Positions 1 through 11,359 of a stretch of 64,000 nt of DNA are shown piece after piece (the first letter of the stretch is position 1; every line of letters starts with the position of its first letter). The stretch is taken from the NCBI GenBank assembly GCA_043228905.1, contig JBHGNT010000002.1:10292001-10356000 (forward strand). Reading direction: 5' to 3'. The DNA is from Azolla caroliniana. Lineage: Eukaryota > Plantae > Polypodiophyta. Position numbers and translations under genes: made by a program. A model generated the notes under the pieces. That model made no database searches and was not told where the DNA came from. It saw nothing but the letters and a program-made list of their open reading frames with translations.

Positions 1-138
1 CATATGATGTATAGACTGAGTAGTATTTTTGAATTGAGGTTCTGTGTGCTCTCTCTCTATCTCTCCCTCATACTGTTAAGCTCTCCATTAAACCTGTTTT
101 CTATTTTCTATTGCTTCCGCACACTATTTGTTTCTACA
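1..138 (+). repeat. 5' LTR (partial) of Copia A1
   Basis: Matches 5350-5500 and ends in CA immediately before the PBS. Confidence 0.93.
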
Positions 139-246
139 TGGTATCAGAGTGCGAGGGTTGAGAACCTCTACACCTAACATTTGCTTTCCAAAAAGAAAAC
201 CTAACCTTTGAAAAGAATAGAAAAAAAAAAACAAACAAACAAACAA

Positions 247-3200
247 ATGGATAGAGGAATGGCAAGCTCGCTCCCAGTGGAGAAGCTCAACAGATCCAAC
301 TACGCATCTTGGTCATACAAGGTGCACGAGTACCTGCTTGGGTATGGTTACTGGAGCTATGTCGACGGAGCTAACGACACAGCACCTGATGCGGCACACA
401 AGGACTTCCCGGTGTGGGAACAATCGGCAAGCAGAGTGATGTACTGCTTTGCGTCCAGTGTCGAAGACTAGCTACTGAGCCACATCCGAGATGCTAAGAC
501 GCCGAAAGAGGCTTCGGGAAACCTGAAGAAGTTGTTCGCCGCAAGCACTACAACCCGGAAGTTGCAACACCAACAGGAGTTGAGCAATGTCCGACAGAAG
601 GACATGTTGGTGGCTGGTTAGACGGCCCGAATCAAAGAGCTTTGTGACTCGCTTGCCTCTATCAATGTCATTGTAGAGGAAGACTAGATGGTACAGGTCT
701 GTCTTGGGGGCCTGCCGTCTGTCTTGGGGGCCTGTACGAGGGAGAATACGTCATCATTTTTTGACTTATAGTCGATGCTCCTTGTAGAGGAGAACCACGT
801 TGATGCATCAACAAGTGCACCCACCGATAGCCGGATGCTGTACACGGAAGCGGATCGGCCCCATGGGCGTGGTGGACGAGGCAGGTCGGCACGCAATGGA
901 GGCGGTCGGCAAGGGCAAGATCGACGGCACAAAGACAGTGCCGACAGCAGTTCCAGGACCTCCACAACCAGGGGAAGTCAAGGTGGCGCCGGAGGCCGGC
1001 AAGACAAATCCGCCACAGAATGTTGGTACTGTGGCAAAAAGGGCCATAGAGAAAGCGAGTGTTGGAAGAAGCGCGTCGATTCGGACAAATCTGGATCCGG
1101 CAAAACCAGTTGAGAGAACCCGCAAAGCTCGGACTACGCACAAGGATCGAAAGGATCCGGAACCAGGAAGACCGGTAAGGGGCCATCCTTGGTGATGAAT
1201 CACAAGGCAAATTCGATGAAGAAGACCACTTCCAAATCGGATGAAGTGTGGTACGTTGATTCCGGTGCTTCAAATCACATGACGAACCACAAAGAGTGGT
1301 TCTCCTTCTTGGAGAAACCGGAACAACCAAGAGTTGTCGAAACCGGAGACGACACTCCTCACCCAATCGTGCATATCGGTGAAGTCCCTTTGAGCCACGT
1401 CGGACATAGGGGGAAGCTGATGAATGTATTACACGTTCCGACTATCACGAAGAACCTGGTGTCGGTCGGACAGATCATTGACCAGGGAATGCAGGTGGGG
1501 TTTACGCACCTCGTGTGCTTCATTGAGGAGGAGGGCTAGATTATTGCGCAAGGGCGTAGAGACGGGAGGATGTTCATCCTCGACACCAATGATGTCGGCA
1601 CCGCTTTGTTCGCCAAAGGACAGAAGATTGAATCGGATATCGATCTTTGGCACAAGCGGATTGGCCACGTCAATTACTGGAGGCTTCAAGACCTACAAAC
1701 GAAACAAGTTGTTTTCGGTTTGCCGAAGTTCAGTGCCTAAAAGGCCTAAGTATGTGAAGCCTGCCAACTCGGGAAGCAACACCGGCTTCCATTCCCCACC
1801 AAATGAAACCATAGCCGTAATAAGCTCGACCTTATTCATTCGGATATATGGGGACCGGCATAGAATGTGAGCCTTGCTGGGAGTCGATATTTCGTCTCCT
1901 TCATCGACGACTACAGGCGGCACACATGGATCTACCTCATTGAGCGGAAGATCGGAGTCTTCGACTGTTTCCGGAACCTCCAAAGCATGTTGGAATGGGA
2001 ATCGGAGAGGAAGATCAAGTGCCTGTGGTCAGATGGTGGAAAAGAATATTTTTCCGGCCAATTCAACATTTATCTACAACAAAGAGGAATTTGGAGAGAG
2101 TTCAGCTACAGATACACACCTGAGCAAAACGGTGTGGCGGAAAGGAAGAACCGGTCACTTGTCAACGCAACAAGGGCAATGCTGGAATAGAAGAGCATGC
2201 CCCATTTCTACTGGGCAGAGGCGGTCCGGATGGCCGTCTACATCCAAAACCGGATCGGTGACAAGGTGTCTGTGCATGAGATGTATTTCGGGCGCAAGCC
2301 AAATTTGAGACACCTTCGGATTTCGGCAGCATAGCATATGTGCATGTGCCGGATGAGAAGCGGAGGAAGCTGGATGATAAATTGGAGAAGTGCATCCTCG
2401 TCGGCTACTCACATGAGCAAAAGGGGTATAAGTGTTATAATCCCCGGACGAAGCAGGTCCGAGTTAGCCGCGATGTTGAGTTTGATGAGTCAGCATCATG
2501 GTATGCCTTATCGGCTCCAACTTCCGACCCCGACCCAATACCGGAGGATGAGGCTAGTGAGCCTGAACCGGTCCAGATAGAAGATGAAGAAACCGGGACT
2601 CAAGAAGAGAATCCGGAATCGTTTCGGTTGAGTGGACCGAACGAGAGACTAGGTCAATCCGACCAGTCAAAAGAGGAACCGGCGAGTAGTGAAGACTCTG
2701 TCGTGCTCTCCCCGCGCAAGGAACCGAGGAAACGGTTCACACACAAAGAGAAGGGAAAGAAGAAGATGCCAGATTATGAAACCGCTAATGATGAGTCAGA
2801 TCAGAGCGGATCCGACTCCGGAGAGAAAATGACGGTTCTTCGGCACCGAAGACCAAACCGGCCAAGAAGGGCCTCAAACCGGGTAACGGTGGGTTACACT
2901 GGTCAACCCGCCAGAAGGAACCTGTTAAGCAGTACGGGTACAATGAGTACATGGCGCATCACTATGCGTACATGACCAAGGTGGCGGAAGTGCGTGAGCC
3001 GGAGAGCTACGCAGAAGCGGCAAGGGATGCAAATTGGCGTGCCACTATGGAGGGAGAGATGCGGGCACTTGATGCCAACGATACATGGGACCTGGTTGAC
3101 CCTCCTCATCATAGTAAACCGATCGGATGCAAGTGGCTGTACAAGGTAAAGTACAACGCCGACGGTTCAGTTAACCAGTACAAGGCCCGGTTAGTGGCAA

Positions 3201-4830
3201 AGGGATACGCACAGACCCACGGAATCAACTACGACGAGACCTTCGCTCCAGTAGCGAAGATGACGACGGTTCGTGTGGTGCTGGCGGTTGCTACGGCAAG
3301 GGAGTGACATCTTCACCAGACAGACATGAAGAATGCATTTCTTCAAGGCAATCTAGAAGAAGAGGTATTTATGACCTGGTTTTCAGTCGGAGATGAACAA
3401 GTTGGCTGTATGCCAGCTGAAGAACTCACTTTATGGCCTGAAGCAAGCCCCCCGAGCTTGGAATGCGAAGATTACACACTGGTTACGTAAGTTGGGGTTT
3501 GCGGCCTCCAAGTCCGACTCTTCGTTGTTCATCCGGCAAGGTCCGGACGGTCCAATTTGCATCTTGTTGTATGTTGATGATCTAGTCATCACCGGACCCA
3601 GACTCGATGAAGTTCCAACTGTTGGACGCATTTCACTATTTCCTTGGGATCAAGGTGATCTGAACCCCTGACGGCATATTGCTCTCACAAAGACACTATG
3701 TGTTGAATATGTTGTACAAGTGCAGCATGACAGAATGCCACCCTATTTCTACACCCTTGGACTAGAAACAGAAGCTCTGTCCCAACTCCAGACCGGCCTG
3801 TGATGAGAAACGGTTCCGACAAATTGTCGGAAGCCTTATATATTTGACCATCACCCGACCCGACATCAACTATCCGGTCAGTGTGATTAGCCAATTCATG
3901 CAGAAGCCGACCGTCGAGCATCTTCAGTGTGCGCACCGCATACTGCGGTATGTGAGTGGCACGAAGGACCGGGGACTGTTATACCGGCGAGGTATGACTG
4001 AAGAGCTAGTCGGTTACATGGATGTCGACTGGGCCGGCGATGCATCAGATCGTCGTTCAACTTCCGGCTATATGTTTTCCCTTGGTAGCACGATTATTGC
4101 TGAATACCAGGGTGCTACCGTTGCCACCTGTGAAGCCATTTGGCTTCGGTGACTGCTGCAAGACTTGCGAATCGAGGTGCCGACCCCGATCCTGATCTAC
4201 TGCAACAACATCAACAGCATGCAGCTCGCCAAGAACCTCGTATTCCATGCTCGCACAAAGCACATCGAAGTGCACTACCACTTCGTGCGTGAGTGTGTCC
4301 TGAGCGGTGAAGTCGAACTTCGGTATGTTCATACAGATCGGCAGGTTGCCGACATCTTCACCAAACTGCTCGGATCGGACAAGTTGCAGCACTTCACCGA
4401 AATGCTTGGTGTTCAGCATCTCGACGTGCCACACTTGAGGGGGAGAATGGGCAAAGACACCACTGAAACGGGCAAAGGCAAAGAGACTGCCGATTGCGCC
4501 AGTGGGGGAAGAACCGACAAGGGGAGAGACAGGAAGAAGAAAGGAGCCGAGTTGACAAAGGAAGTTAACACATCCGAACAAGTCGAAACAAGCAGTAGCG
4601 GAGGCAGAGTCAAGAAGGACAGAGTCGACCAAAAGAAGAAGGCCAAGACCCGGACATGGTCTGATGTGGTGAAGGGCCTGGAACCAGAAGACGAATCGGG
4701 AGCAACCGATTTGGACAAGAGCTGGAACGAATCGGAGACAGCCGATTCGGTTCTACAAAAGGATTCAGAAGAACCGGATCAATTCAAGGCCAAGAGGACA
4801 AGAAGGCAACAAAAGTCGACGCCAACATGA
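247..4830 (+). pseudogene. Copia gag-pol pseudogene (many stops and frameshifts)
   Basis: Fragmented ORFs at 208-471, 775-1113, 1189-1539, 1867-2190, 2340-2975, 2951-3307, 3393-3671, 3844-4152 and 4165-4830 carry Copia motifs in the correct order. Confidence 0.93.
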
Positions 4831-5073
4831 AGGGATCGGCGAATCAGCAAAAGCCAAAGTCACAACAGTGAGGGAATTGAATTGGGCCTGTTGAGCAGAC
4901 AAGCCGACCAAGGAAGTCGAGGTGCGCAGGAACAGAAGGGTCGCGGCAAACAAGACCGGACCGGACGAGGAGCGCGAGCGAGGCGAAGTGACGCCAGAAG
5001 GAGCCAGGTGGAAGCACCGGCTGCCATAGAGACTGACACTACGATCCGACCTCAAATTGAGGTTGAGGGGGAG

Positions 5074-5500
5074 TGTTGAGCGGCAAGCTCAACTGGATCC
5101 AGATCGGCTGAATAAGCCTGAGCCCGATCGGCATCCAGAAGGATGACCCGGGTCGGTGAGCCGGTGAGCAAGTGAGTTGGTGAGCTAGGGAGCCGGTTAG
5201 CTGGATCAAGCAGTAACCGGAAGCCAAGTAGCAGCTAGTCTACTAGGGAGTTAATATCTCGTAGTTAGTGTTAGACGCTAGTGTGGGAATTGAAGTACAC
5301 CGTACTTTTGTCAGTCCGGATGGACTTGTATAAAAGTGTTCACTGAACACATACGATGTACAGTCTGAGTAGTATTTTTTAATTGAGTTTCTGTGTGCTC
5401 TCTCTCTCTCTCTGTCTCTCCCGCGTACTGTTAAGCTCTCCATTAAACTTGTTTTCTGTTTTCTGTTTTCTATTGCTTCCACACGCTATTTGTTTCTACA
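5074..5500 (+). repeat. 3' LTR of Copia A1 (427 bp)
   Basis: TG...CA termini, directly after the PPT; its 3' part matches 1-138. Confidence 0.93.
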
Positions 5501-6124
5501 CCTTTGAAAGGCATGCATGGAACAAGAAAGGATGATAAAAGAAAGTTAGATGACCAAGGAGATTGCCGAGATGAGGTGGCACGTGCACGAGGCATGAAGC
5601 ATTATGCTCAAGAGGAGCAAAGAGAGCCATGACAACCAATCATGGTAATGCAAAGACTAAATGAAAAATATGGTGGATCAGATGGCAACGGCGGTTTGGG
5701 CATAAAGAAGAAACATCGATGAAGTAGAATAATCAAAAGAGGAACCTCACTACAATTGGCACATACCGGTGGATGTGCAGGTTTAATGGGGGTGAATGTC
5801 GTGTGGTTTTTCACACATGATATGAAAACTATGTAAAAAAGTAATGAAATAATTATTTTAGATTAGATTAATGGCTTGCTATGGAGAGATGGATGTACTC
5901 AAGAGCTTCAATATGCATTTTACTACTTATAAAATGGACAACTACATATCAAGTTATGTAGACATGAAGTTTGAGAAGATAAGGAAAATAGGATTTTGAA
6001 ATTTCCCACATAGACAGGAAACTTTAGGAGCCAGCTATATAAGCAGATTGAGAACCATCATTTTTCATCTATGTATTAAGAGCACAAAAGAAATAGTTGG
6101 GCTTGGGCCACTTTTGTCTAGAAA

Positions 6125-6520
6125 GATAGATGTGGCTAAGTCGTCGGATGTGGCTAAGTTGCTCGAACTGGCCGGTGATGGAACTCAAACCGGCCGGTGA
6201 AGGAACTCAAATCGGTTGGTGATAGTATTGAAAACTGGATGGAGTCAGCAACCAGAAACCGGATTGAGTCGGCAACTAGATAGAACTGGCAACAAAGCCG
6301 GCATTCGGAAACCAGGTGGATCTGGCAACCGGCAACCGGATGGAGCTCGCAACCGGATCGAACCGGTGATCGAACCGGAACTGGACGGCGACAATCGGAC
6401 GGAGCCGGCGACCGGACGAATCCGGCAACCCGCAACCGGACGGAGCCAGCAACCGGACAGCAACAAAACTGGAACCGGACTGGATGGATGAGGCCGGAAG
6501 CGGACCAGACGGATCAAAGC
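6125..6520. repeat. GC-rich degenerate short tandem repeats (CAACCGG/AACCGG units)
   Basis: Dense recurrence of caaccgg, aaccgg and ccgga; it produces spurious ORFs on both strands. Confidence 0.6.
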
Positions 6521-6759
6521 ATGGGCCAACCTTTACGGATTATAGGATCATGCGACTGAACTAAAGTAAAGTAAAATAAAGTAAAGGTCATGTGGAAGGC
6601 ATGCAACTAAAGGTAAAAGCCATGCAACTAAAAGTGGGGAGGCAAAGGAACATCAAAGGAGGGATCAACAAAGAAACCCATAAAAATTCCATTTTTTTCC
6701 TACACTCATCCTCTCTCCATTTTTATTTTCTTTTCCTTCTTAGCTCCCTTATCTCACGG

Positions 6760-6960
6760 AGCCATAACACTCAAAAAACCCTAATTTTCCCTACGAAGGC
6801 CATAACACTCAAGAACCCTTAATTTCCCTATGGAAGCCATTCAACTCAAAAACCCTAATTTCTTATCGAAGCTGAAAACCCCTAATTTTCTCAACGAAGA
6901 TATCACTCATAAACCATAATCTCTTATCAAAGCTGAAAAACCTAATTTTCCTATCGAATC
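6760..6960. repeat. Degenerate ~30-bp tandem repeat (AAAACCCTAATTTTC units)
   Basis: Several copies of ctcaaaaaccctaattttc-like units. Confidence 0.6.
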
Positions 6961-7190
6961 CGTATCTTAGTTTCTTCTAATCTATTACTCTAGTAATTTC
7001 CATAAGCTAAAACTTTTGTAATCCCAATCTTGGGATTGATTATAATCTATCTTTCCCTTTATAAATGAAATTTGTGGATCTTTCTCATTTTGCATTAATT
7101 CTTTAATATAAACATACGAATCTGATATCCTCCGGTCGGAGGCCCCGAGGTCCTGCCTCAAGTTCATGTGTCCTCATCGTATTTTCGCGA

Positions 7191-7530
7191 CACCGGATCG
7201 GATTGTAACCGGTAGGCCGTTAGAGGCCTACAATTTTAGCCTAGTACATAGGCATATTCCTTGGAGTTAGTGTCAGTCACTCGTATGAGCATTGAAGTAC
7301 TTGTCAGTACTTCTGGTAGTCCTTTTAAGGACTTGTATAAAAAGTGTTCTATAAAACATTTGTATGTACAAAGTGTTATTATTTTGAATAGAAGTTTTGT
7401 TCTGATCTCTCCGTCTCTCCCCTGTATTCTCTATGTGTTTTCAAGTTTCCATTAAACCTTGTCTCTATTTTCTTGTTGGTGTCCATCCGGCAAAGCCAGT
7501 TTGTCTACGCTTCCGCACGAAACTCTTTAC
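7191..7530 (+). repeat. Partial LTR of the Copia A family
   Basis: CCGGATCGGATTG.AACCGGTAGGCCGTTAGAG...CTCGTATGAGCATTGAAGTAC...ACGCTTCCGCACG matches the LTR at 56775-57235. Confidence 0.8.
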
Positions 7531-8000
7531 GGCCAATTTGTCAATGGTTGTCCCTCCGACTGGCCCTTTGACCCCCTTATTTCTTAATCTCATTGCCACA
7601 AGTGAAGTATTCCTTCCTTCTTGTACGATGTGCTTAGTTGGGGTTACCTTAGATGAAGTTGATTCATTGTCCCATTGACGACGCTTATGGAAGCGCTCAC
7701 AAGTTGTCTTCACAATGGCCCAATCAACAATAAGCCCATCTTCATTCTCTAAGAGTAACCCAAGTTCTCTCTCGTCTTTTACATCAACTAATTTTAAAAA
7801 TAAAAGCACTTTTCTTTAATCCAATATGGTTCGAGTGTGGATAACCGACCAAACCTTCATTCAAACTCTTGAAGTGTAGTATCAACACTCAACGATTTAT
7901 TATGAGAGTCAACCCAGTTCATCAGATCCTTCTTTGTTATGTGGGATGATCATCGAGACTATACTCCTCGAGTAGAATCCTCTCAAAAATTTCCCAATTC
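7531..8000 (-). pseudogene. Retrotransposon gag-like remnant
   Basis: ORF 7465-7809 (LLFLKLVDVKDERELGLLLENEDGLIVDWAIVKTTCERF) looks like a gag-like helical segment; it is degraded upstream. Confidence 0.45.
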
Positions 8001-8334
8001 AGAATTGTTGCTTGTATCTTGAGGATTAAGGAATGGAGGTTCAATGTTACAACCATTAGAAAAGCATGATACTAACCACTATATGTAGCATATTCATATA
8101 TTTGTTTTAATGAGATTCTAATATAAATTTCTACATTACTTTGATTACTGGGGCCCACTATATATATATATATATATATTAGTATTCAAGGCTTTATTTA
8201 AAAACCATTGCTAACAATTGACTTTCATTATTGAAGGCACACTTTTCTATTCGGTTCGTCTATTTTCCTCAAACGATGCATTGATGTATGTAAAGGTACT
8301 TTGCCCTTCAAACAATACACTTATATATATAAAC

Positions 8335-8809
8335 TGTGGAGAATAGTGCGGAATACTGTTCGGCCACAACTGAGTCTTTAGATCACTTCGTTTAAGGATC
8401 AAACACAGAAATGGGAATAGAGATGAATACTCGTACACCAAAAGAAAGTACACAGGATGTTTACGTGGAAAACCCTAATAGGGAAAAACCACGGGAGCCC
8501 ACAGACTCTAAACTATCACTATATGAGAAAGGTACAATCAGAGACCGGATGGCAATGACCTCGAGCTCTGTTTCTTCGCCAACCGGAGGTTACAACAGAG
8601 TATCGCTCTGTATCTTCTCTCTCTCTCTATCAGTTACTCTCTATTTGAGTGATTGCCCTAAGTCATATTTATACTTATATGAACATAGGGCTATTTACAA
8701 ATATAGCCTCAATAGGCTTACTCAAAACATATTTACAAATATGTCTTCTCTTCCGGTTCTCCTCTTCATTCATAACCGGATCCCATCCGGAGGGACTGAT
8801 TTCCCAACA
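8335..8809 (-). repeat. 3' LTR of Copia B
   Basis: TGTGGAG...CCCAACA; near-identical to 25977-26479. Confidence 0.93.
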
Positions 8810-8829
8810 ATCTCCCTCTTCCCATCCGG

Positions 8830-10116
8830 ATGTAGACTGGTTGGTATCCGCATTAGCCGACATATCCGAATCGATGAATCCATCAAGTTGGGGATTACCG
8901 GAGGCACATACTCGAGGTGCCTTTCAGATACCGAAGTATCCACTTGATCGTGTTCCAGTGCTCTCTTCCGGGATTGCTCATGAACTGGCTCACCACTCTG
9001 ACTGCATATCCGATATCCGGCCGGGTACATACCATCGTGTACATCAAACTTCCGACGGCAGAGGCATATAGAATCTTCATCATATCCGTCTTCTCCGCCT
9101 TTGTCTTCGGGCTTTGTTTTTCGGATAGCTTGCAGTTTGCCAGAAGTGTCAATCCGACCAGTTTCGCCTCCGACATGTTGAACCGTTGAAGCACCTTTGT
9201 CATCTACTTCTCTTCTGACAACCACAACAGCTTCTTCGACCGGTCCAGGATGATGTGCATTCCCAATATCTGTCTCGCCCCAAGTCTTTCATTGAGAAGG
9301 TCTGGTCCAGAGCCTTCTTCAGCGTCCAAATCTTGCCTTGGTCTCGTCCGCCGATTAGCATATCATCCACATATAGGGAAGTATCAGGAAATCTCCTCCG
9401 TCAAATTTCTTCACAAACACACAGTGATCGGCCTGCATCTTGTGGTACCCTTGGTCGGTCATGAAGGAGTCAAACTTCCGGTACCATTGCCGGGGGGCTT
9501 GCTTTAATCCGTATAAGCTCTTCTTCAGTCCGCACACCAGGTGCTCCTTCCCTTTCTTCTCAAATCCTTCCAGTTGCTGCATGTGGATCTCTTCTTCCTG
9601 GTCGCCATGTAGGAATGTCGTCTTGACGTCCAGTTGCTCTACCTCGAGGTCCATGCTTACTGCTATGCTCAATACCGTCCAGATGGATGTCATTTTTACT
9701 ACCGGGGCAAAGATCTCATCGAAATCCGCTCCTTTCTTCTGCTGGAAGCCCTTCACCATGATCCGGGCTTTGTACCTTGGTGGATTTCCGGCGTCTCCCA
9801 ATTTCAGCTTGCACACCCACTTGTTCCGGAGTGCTCTCTTCCCTTTCGGCAACTTCGTCAGTTCATACGTGTGGTTCTCATGCATGGAATCCATCTCGTC
9901 CTGCATGGCACTCAACCACTTGTGGTTGTGGGTGTCTCTCTTTGCTTCTTCGAAGCTTTCCGGCTCCCCCTCATCGGTTAGCAACACATGCTCTACATCC
10001 GGAAATCTCTGGGGGGCTCTTCTCTCTCGGAGAGGATATCTCTGTTCTTGGTTTCTGACCACCGGTTCCTCTATTTGATCCTCATCCAAATCCGATTCAG
10101 GATCTTGTCTTCTTCT

Positions 10117-10151
<35 letters not shown>

Positions 10152-10597
10152 TTCCTCTTCTTCTTCGATCGGCTTAGTTTCTTGTCCGTATTCGGCCGGT
10201 TCGTCAAGTGTCATCCAGTTACCGGCTAACATCCGGTTTACAACCGGGTAAGTCCTTGTGTCCTCAAGCCGGTTTTCATTGGATGATCCAGAGTTCATCA
10301 CCTTCTTTTCCGACTCCCAATCGGCAATGGTCCTCTCTTCCATGAAGACTATGTCCCGACTCCGAAACACCTTCTTGTCGACCAGATCCCACACCCAGTA
10401 ACTGAACTCATCATCATTGTATCCAAGGAATATGTATGTTCGGGACTTCAGATCCAACTTTTCTCTCTTGTCCTTCGCCACATGCACATAAGCGAGACAT
10501 CCGAACACCTTTAAATGCTGGTAGATATGTCCTTACCGGTCCATACTTTCTATGGTGAGTCTCCTCTAAGGGTACTGAGAATGATCTGTTTATCACA
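8830..10597 (-). pseudogene. Copia B integrase C-terminus and RT (RNase H deleted)
   Basis: [65 protein letters not shown]; the sequence then jumps from STSG straight to the PPT. Confidence 0.9.
10108..10166 (-). repeat. (GAA)n microsatellite encoding poly-Glu in the Copia B IN-RT linker
   Basis: TCTTCT... run; ORF 10071-10508 contains a run of about 18 consecutive Glu. Confidence 0.9.
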
Positions 10598-10634
10598 AAC
10601 ACCGGGTCATTTGAAACAGGTAATATGTCGTATT
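10598..10634 (+). repeat. Left terminal inverted repeat
   Basis: Reverse complement of 18231-18267: 33 bp perfect, 36/37 when extended. Confidence 0.97.
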
Positions 10635-11359
10635 CTCTTTTGGCATAGTTGGCCAGATGTAGAAAAGTACCCTATTTTAGCCCGATATCGAAAATATACG
10701 ATGCATGCGTACCCCTTTTGCGACTTGATGGTTAAATATAGAACAAAAAAACCTAGCAATTACTAAATTGTATATGTGTCCACATTCGTGTCAATTTGCA
10801 TATCATGGAGTACAATTGAAGACTTGGTTCAATATAAAGTTCTAAAATTGGTATCCATATTCAAATTGTAGAGTAAAACTACATAAACCGTAATTATAAA
10901 TATGTGGTTTTGGGTTTAGGAATAAAGTAGTACCCCACTTGTTGGACGGGTATATCGATAGTTTCATTGTATAATGTCATATAGTTCATGACAATGTAAT
11001 TGGTAAGAGTAACAATTACGTACGACATTCATTTATACTATGTGGAACCAGTAGACTTGAACCGTAGGTAACTAAAAACCTCTTATTATCAAAAACATTC
11101 GCCTTTTCATATACAGTCATGCTAACGGAAATGAGAAATTACAATATCATGTTAATATCTCAAACTAAAGAAGAGCATGGTGACCAATTATATGTAAATA
11201 CAAACAACGGTTCCAATAATGATTAAAAAGGGAAATTATGAACAGGTGAATTTAATTAAACGATAAACAATTACAGATGTTCTCATATACAAATATAATA
11301 TGAAGTGATGGTGAACATTATGCCTCAAAATCCTCAATTTTTACATTACGCCATCTACA

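Larger units (their letters stand above)
1..5500 (+). mobile_element. Ty1/Copia LTR retrotransposon, copy A1 (degenerate; 5' LTR runs off the window start)
   Basis: The 5' LTR end ...TTTCTACA (138) is followed by a tRNA-iMet PBS TGGTATCAGAG (139-149). Domain order is gag (CWYCGKKGHRESEC knuckle), protease (WYVDSGASNHM), integrase (YFVSFIDD, TPEQNGVAERKNR), RT ([17 protein letters not shown]), RNase H (HARTKHIEVHYHFVRE). PPT TTGAGGGGGAG at 5063-5073, then the 3' LTR TGTTG...CTACA. Confidence 0.96.

Noticed and set aside
668-4718. Many antisense and alternative-frame ORFs over Copia A1 (similarly over A2, Copia B and the LINEs)
   Set aside because: They are shadows of GC-rich retroelement coding sequence and have no independent motifs.
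6154-6529. Overlapping 91-94 aa ORFs on both strands
   Set aside because: They arise from low-complexity CCGG repeats that lack stop codons.
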